Shown piece after piece: positions 60,353-64,000 of a DNA stretch of 64,000 nt. Below the pieces are notes generated by a model. It had not been told where the DNA came from. It saw nothing but the letters and a program-made list of their open reading frames with translations, and did no database searches. The translations under genes were made by a program, and so were the position numbers. Each line of letters starts with the position of its first letter. Positions within the stretch are counted from its first letter, which is position 1. The DNA is from a virus: positions 96,001 to 160,000 of IMG/VR virus record IMGVR_UViG_3300042695_002264. One strand, given 5' to 3'.

Positions 60353-61471
60353 ATGAATATTTTAGTCAAACAATTTCAAGAATTTTATAAAGAACCACAA
60401 ACCAAAGTGTGTGGAAAATGGAATATTTCTATTTTAGATAGAAACGGTAACGAATCTTTTCCATTTGGAAAAGAAATGAAAAAAAATCTGATATTAAATC
60501 AAGGCTTAGATCTGTTAATTGCTGGCAAATATTATGGCGAATATTCAATTTTTAACTGGAATACAATACCATCATTTTTAATTGGTGGCGCTGTATATGG
60601 AAACGGATTGCTGCCAGCAAATGAATCTGACATATCATTAACAAATGAAATTGCAGAAACTTCTATAATTAATGATGATTCTTGTAGCATTACAGATAAT
60701 TATACGAACGGAACGCGCACGTACAGAAAGGTATATGACTTTCCAACAATAGAGATTGGAGATCCGAATACTCAAATTAGTGAAGTTGGCCTATTTTCAA
60801 ACTGGCGAAATAATAAAACTCTTTTTTCAAAATTTCTTTTACCAAGAGTTTTGCGGCTAGATTATGGGCAATGGATTAGATTATTTTATGATTTTACAAT
60901 TGGTTCGGATATGATTGTAACCCCAAATAATATTAATTTATCGTCAGGCAGTTTTAACGCGTCTGGTTTAATGAAATTATGCGGAAGATTTGATGATATA
61001 TTTGGCAGTTTTGATGCGAATGGGAACCCTGTAATTGTTTTCGGAGATTCTCCTCGTGCTTCTTTTATACCATTTTATGAAAATTTTTGCGCCGAGATAT
61101 CCACATGTCAAACAGAATGTTTTGGAACCGCATATTTGTTAGCGCCAGGGATAAGCAACTTTAACGATACAAACACAAAAATCATATCCGAATGGATTGG
61201 CAATAGATTAGAAAAAAATTTAAATACAATAAATCCATCAGAATATATAGATGGAAATTTTTATAGAGATATTGAATATATATTTGATTATAATAATCCA
61301 ATTTATAATGAATTAACTGAAGGAATATTATTTACAGTCCTTCGTGGTTCTGATACTAGCCCAAGACAAAACACAATTGATGGGTGGTTGTGGAAATTTA
61401 ATAATGGTCAAATTAAACAATCATCAAAAAAAATTGTAATAGGATTAAGACAATCTATAAATAGAATATAA
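60353..61471 (+). CDS. Tail-collar/fibre-base-like protein (DUF3751-like)
   Basis: NLILNQGLD, GNG..P...D..L..EI, ISEVGLF...LFSKF. Confidence 0.5.
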   Translation: MNILVKQFQEFYKEPQTKVCGKWNISILDRNGNESFPFGKEMKKNLILNQGLDLLIAGKYYGEYSIFNWNTIPSFLIGGAVYGNGLLPANESDISLTNEIAETSIINDDSCSITDNYTNGTRTYRKVYDFPTIEIGDPNTQISEVGLFSNWRNNKTLFSKFLLPRVLRLDYGQWIRLFYDFTIGSDMIVTPNNINLSSGSFNASGLMKLCGRFDDIFGSFDANGNPVIVFGDSPRASFIPFYENFCAEISTCQTECFGTAYLLAPGISNFNDTNTKIISEWIGNRLEKNLNTINPSEYIDGNFYRDIEYIFDYNNPIYNELTEGILFTVLRGSDTSPRQNTIDGWLWKFNNGQIKQSSKKIVIGLRQSINRI

Positions 61472-63508
61472 ATGAATACCGCGAATATAAATACATATTT
61501 TGGTGCAAAGTGGAATATCGAAGTATGTAAGTCTGGTGAAAATGGTATAGAATCTTATTTTCCATTAGGTGAAAAACTTAAAAATAATATGATTCTAGAT
61601 CATTGGCTAGAATCACTTATTTATTTATATTCTCCTTCTGGTGGGGCAGTAAAGGCATATTGCGATAATGGGCTATCATTGGCAGGAATAACAAGAGGAG
61701 CAATGCATATAGGTGCAGGTTCCATCCCGCCAAACTATCAACAAACTGGATTACAAATTCCATTAAAATCAACTTCATATATAAGGCCATTTTTTAATCA
61801 ATGCACGGGCATTTATTATCCAGAATCAGGCATGGCCGTTATTAGTAAAAATTACGACTTTGGTATTGAAAATAATATAGTAACTTATTCAGAAGCTGGA
61901 TTTCGGCCTGGCATTGCTGATGCGTTACCTACCGGAAAAAGAAATTGGCTATGGTCAAGATTTGTATTTACTAAAGAGACTGGAGTTTCTGGATATATAT
62001 ATGCAAACAGCGGAAGTATGGGAATTACTGGAATGGATCTTAGCGGTGTATTTGTAGATAATAATCAGTATGATTTAAGAAAACCAACGGATCCACTTTA
62101 TAATGGACTTAGTGGATTGCCATCATTTGAATTGGGATGGAGATATAACTGGCCAGAAAATTCTGGTATGTTTTTAATTGATCAAAGCGGCAGCACTACA
62201 GGTTTTGTTTATAACCCTAAAAATATTACAGAGCTAGTAACTGGATTTATAAGTGGATATTTAAGTGGCGGAAATTTTTATCCATTTACATTATCATCTT
62301 ATCCAGCAGAATCAAGTGGACTTAGTGGAATTTATTTGCAAGATGGGATAACAAATACTTTATATTTTTCATCTGGTGGATTTAATGAATTTTCTGGATT
62401 CACTGGAAAATATTTTAATACGAGTAGTGGATTTCAATACACTGGATTCGATCAAGGCTATTCTTTATACGGTAGTGGTTTTTATCCAACTAGCGGGATA
62501 TTAACTGGTAGCATGACAGGAATTATTGGCTCAAGAAACGTACTAAAACTTGACGGGTATATTACAGGAACTATTGGATTTAAAAATATTACAAACCCAA
62601 TAACTTTAAGCACAGGAGAATTTTTAAAATTAAGATATGATGTTTATATGCAGATACCTGCAATAGTTAACCCAATTTTAGTTACCGGCGACGATATAAC
62701 TCATGGAGAATTTAACGGAAGCGGTCAATTAAAACTAATAGGCAAACAAACAAGCATGTTTGGCACAATCGATGGGGATGGAAAAGTTACCCCAGGTATT
62801 GGAATTTGGTGGCCACTTCATAGAACAAACTATTCAAAATATAGCCGAAGCCAATGGGATAATCTGGCGGAACCAAATGCTCACTTATCTGCATTAATGG
62901 TAGCAAGTGGAGTTAGCGGTGGTGGGGTAAATTTTAATGACTCTTTTCCAGAAACAAACACAACCTCTCCAATTGTTAGCGCGCAGCTTGATGATGAAAT
63001 ACGTTTTTGTGATACTCTTGAGCCAAAAATTGGAGACTGTGGAACCGGACTAAATAAACGATCTTATTTTGAAAAACGATACTATTCAAGCAAAGGATTA
63101 ATGCAAAGCCCTTCATGGCCACTATACTCACATTCTGGTGTGCGCGTGTACAATTATATAGCGCATAACCGTCCATCTGCAATATGGCCAAAAAGCATAG
63201 ATATTCAAATGATTTTTCCTGGACCTTATCCAAATCAAGATACTGGAATTAATGGTTTTTCTATATGTGGCGCATCAGAAGGAACGGTTTGCGGTGGAAG
63301 AACCATTGCGGATGGTCAAGGAAACGCATATAGACCCGAGCAATACATTAAGCCTACTTTATACGAAAATACAGGGGCGTATCTTGATTGCGGATTAACA
63401 CTTCCATACTCTGCGTGGTATTATAAATTCAACAATCCACAAATGAAATATGAAGATCAAATAATTAATTTATATTTAACATTTTCTTTGGATAGAATAA
63501 CTGTATGA
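61472..63508 (+). CDS. Paralog of 60353-61471 with ~200-aa [S/T]G-rich insertion
   Basis: KWNI...FP.G...KN.IL, YDF, SEAG, SRF, FN.SG.LKL.G, W.+KFNN.Q.K shared with the paralog. Confidence 0.6.
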   Translation: MNTANINTYFGAKWNIEVCKSGENGIESYFPLGEKLKNNMILDHWLESLIYLYSPSGGAVKAYCDNGLSLAGITRGAMHIGAGSIPPNYQQTGLQIPLKSTSYIRPFFNQCTGIYYPESGMAVISKNYDFGIENNIVTYSEAGFRPGIADALPTGKRNWLWSRFVFTKETGVSGYIYANSGSMGITGMDLSGVFVDNNQYDLRKPTDPLYNGLSGLPSFELGWRYNWPENSGMFLIDQSGSTTGFVYNPKNITELVTGFISGYLSGGNFYPFTLSSYPAESSGLSGIYLQDGITNTLYFSSGGFNEFSGFTGKYFNTSSGFQYTGFDQGYSLYGSGFYPTSGILTGSMTGIIGSRNVLKLDGYITGTIGFKNITNPITLSTGEFLKLRYDVYMQIPAIVNPILVTGDDITHGEFNGSGQLKLIGKQTSMFGTIDGDGKVTPGIGIWWPLHRTNYSKYSRSQWDNLAEPNAHLSALMVASGVSGGGVNFNDSFPETNTTSPIVSAQLDDEIRFCDTLEPKIGDCGTGLNKRSYFEKRYYSSKGLMQSPSWPLYSHSGVRVYNYIAHNRPSAIWPKSIDIQMIFPGPYPNQDTGINGFSICGASEGTVCGGRTIADGQGNAYRPEQYIKPTLYENTGAYLDCGLTLPYSAWYYKFNNPQMKYEDQIINLYLTFSLDRITV

Positions 63509-64000
63509 TTATAGCCAATCAAAGATCTTCTGAAAAGCATAAATTCATACTTGTAGCCAATCAGTATTTTTCGCTAATTAATAAGCCACGAAACCTTCCA
63601 ACTTACCAAATAGGGGCAATAACAGAATTGATAAACGCACTGTACGAATCAAATTTATGGGAAAAATTTGTTGCAGTATATCCATTCGTTGGCGATGGTA
63701 GTTCTGAAAAAAACAGTTTAAATTTAATAGATCCATATAAATATAAAATTAGCTGGAGCGGATCTATTATATTTAATAAATTTGGTATTAATGGAAATGG
63801 TGGGATAGGATTGACAGGAATTAAATTGGTTGATTTAAGCGATTTTACAAACGTTCATTTAAGCGCGTATACGCGCACAGCAATAACCAATACTATTGGG
63901 CGAGGAAGACTTATTGGGGCAAATACACAAAATAGACTTGTTGCCATAAGAGACGTTGGCGCGCTAGAAATAAATTATAATAAAGAAAATGGTATAGTTG
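63505..64000 (+). CDS. Paralog of 59156-60352 (partial, runs off window end; not in ORF track)
   Basis: ATGA overlap; hand translation gives NLWEKFVAVYPFVG...NSLNL...NVHLSAY. Confidence 0.7.
   Translation, partial: MIIANQRSSEKHKFILVANQYFSLINKPRNLPTYQIGAITELINALYESNLWEKFVAVYPFVGDGSSEKNSLNLIDPYKYKISWSGSIIFNKFGINGNGGIGLTGIKLVDLSDFTNVHLSAYTRTAITNTIGRGRLIGANTQNRLVAIRDVGALEINYNKENGIV

Noticed and set aside
1-64000. Alternative genetic code (stop codon reassignment)
   Set aside because: Standard-code ORFs tile the window densely and conserved genes are unbroken.
1-64000. CRISPR array, tRNA, integrase, IS element, intron or intein
   Set aside because: None recognised by eye. Intergenic gaps are at most about 130 nt, and RNR and terminase have ordinary lengths.
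59156-64000. Diversity-generating retroelement or invertible fibre cassette
   Set aside because: No reverse transcriptase, invertase or near-identical nucleotide repeats seen; the paralogs are highly diverged.

Overview
An AT-rich (about 30% GC by eye), standard-code segment of a large tailed dsDNA phage. No tRNA, rRNA, CRISPR array, integrase or IS element was recognised. 1-23 kb holds nucleotide metabolism genes (class II NrdJ RNR, dCMP deaminase, dUTPase) interleaved with a large glycan cluster: Gmd, a CapD/FnlA-like dehydratase, an RmlD-like reductase, an NDP-sugar C-methyltransferase, a Gfo/Idh/MocA oxidoreductase and about eight glycosyltransferases, including a split GT9. This region also has a sigma factor and three candidate ssDNA-binding or annealing proteins. 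23-59 kb (minus strand) is a complete morphogenesis module: PhoH, second sigma factor, ERCC4 nuclease, terminase, portal, fibre-like proteins, protease/scaffold, decoration, major capsid, neck, tail tube, chaperones, tape measure and tail tip, with no sheath seen. 59-64 kb (plus strand) encodes paralogous fibre-like proteins. Most notable: (1) strong [S/T]-G dipeptide enrichment confined to fibre and tail-tip proteins, a candidate sequon for a phage-encoded virion glycosylation system; (2) a tape measure protein with GFxPNF repeats bracketing a PD-(D/E)xK nuclease-like cargo; (3) two promoter classes, near-leaderless sigma70 promoters with 16-bp spacers and a TGTAAT late motif that reveals a nested scaffold gene; (4) a Whirly-like protein; (5) a shared AAGG-repeat leader on tail-assembly genes. 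All assignments come from motif recognition by eye; no searches were run.
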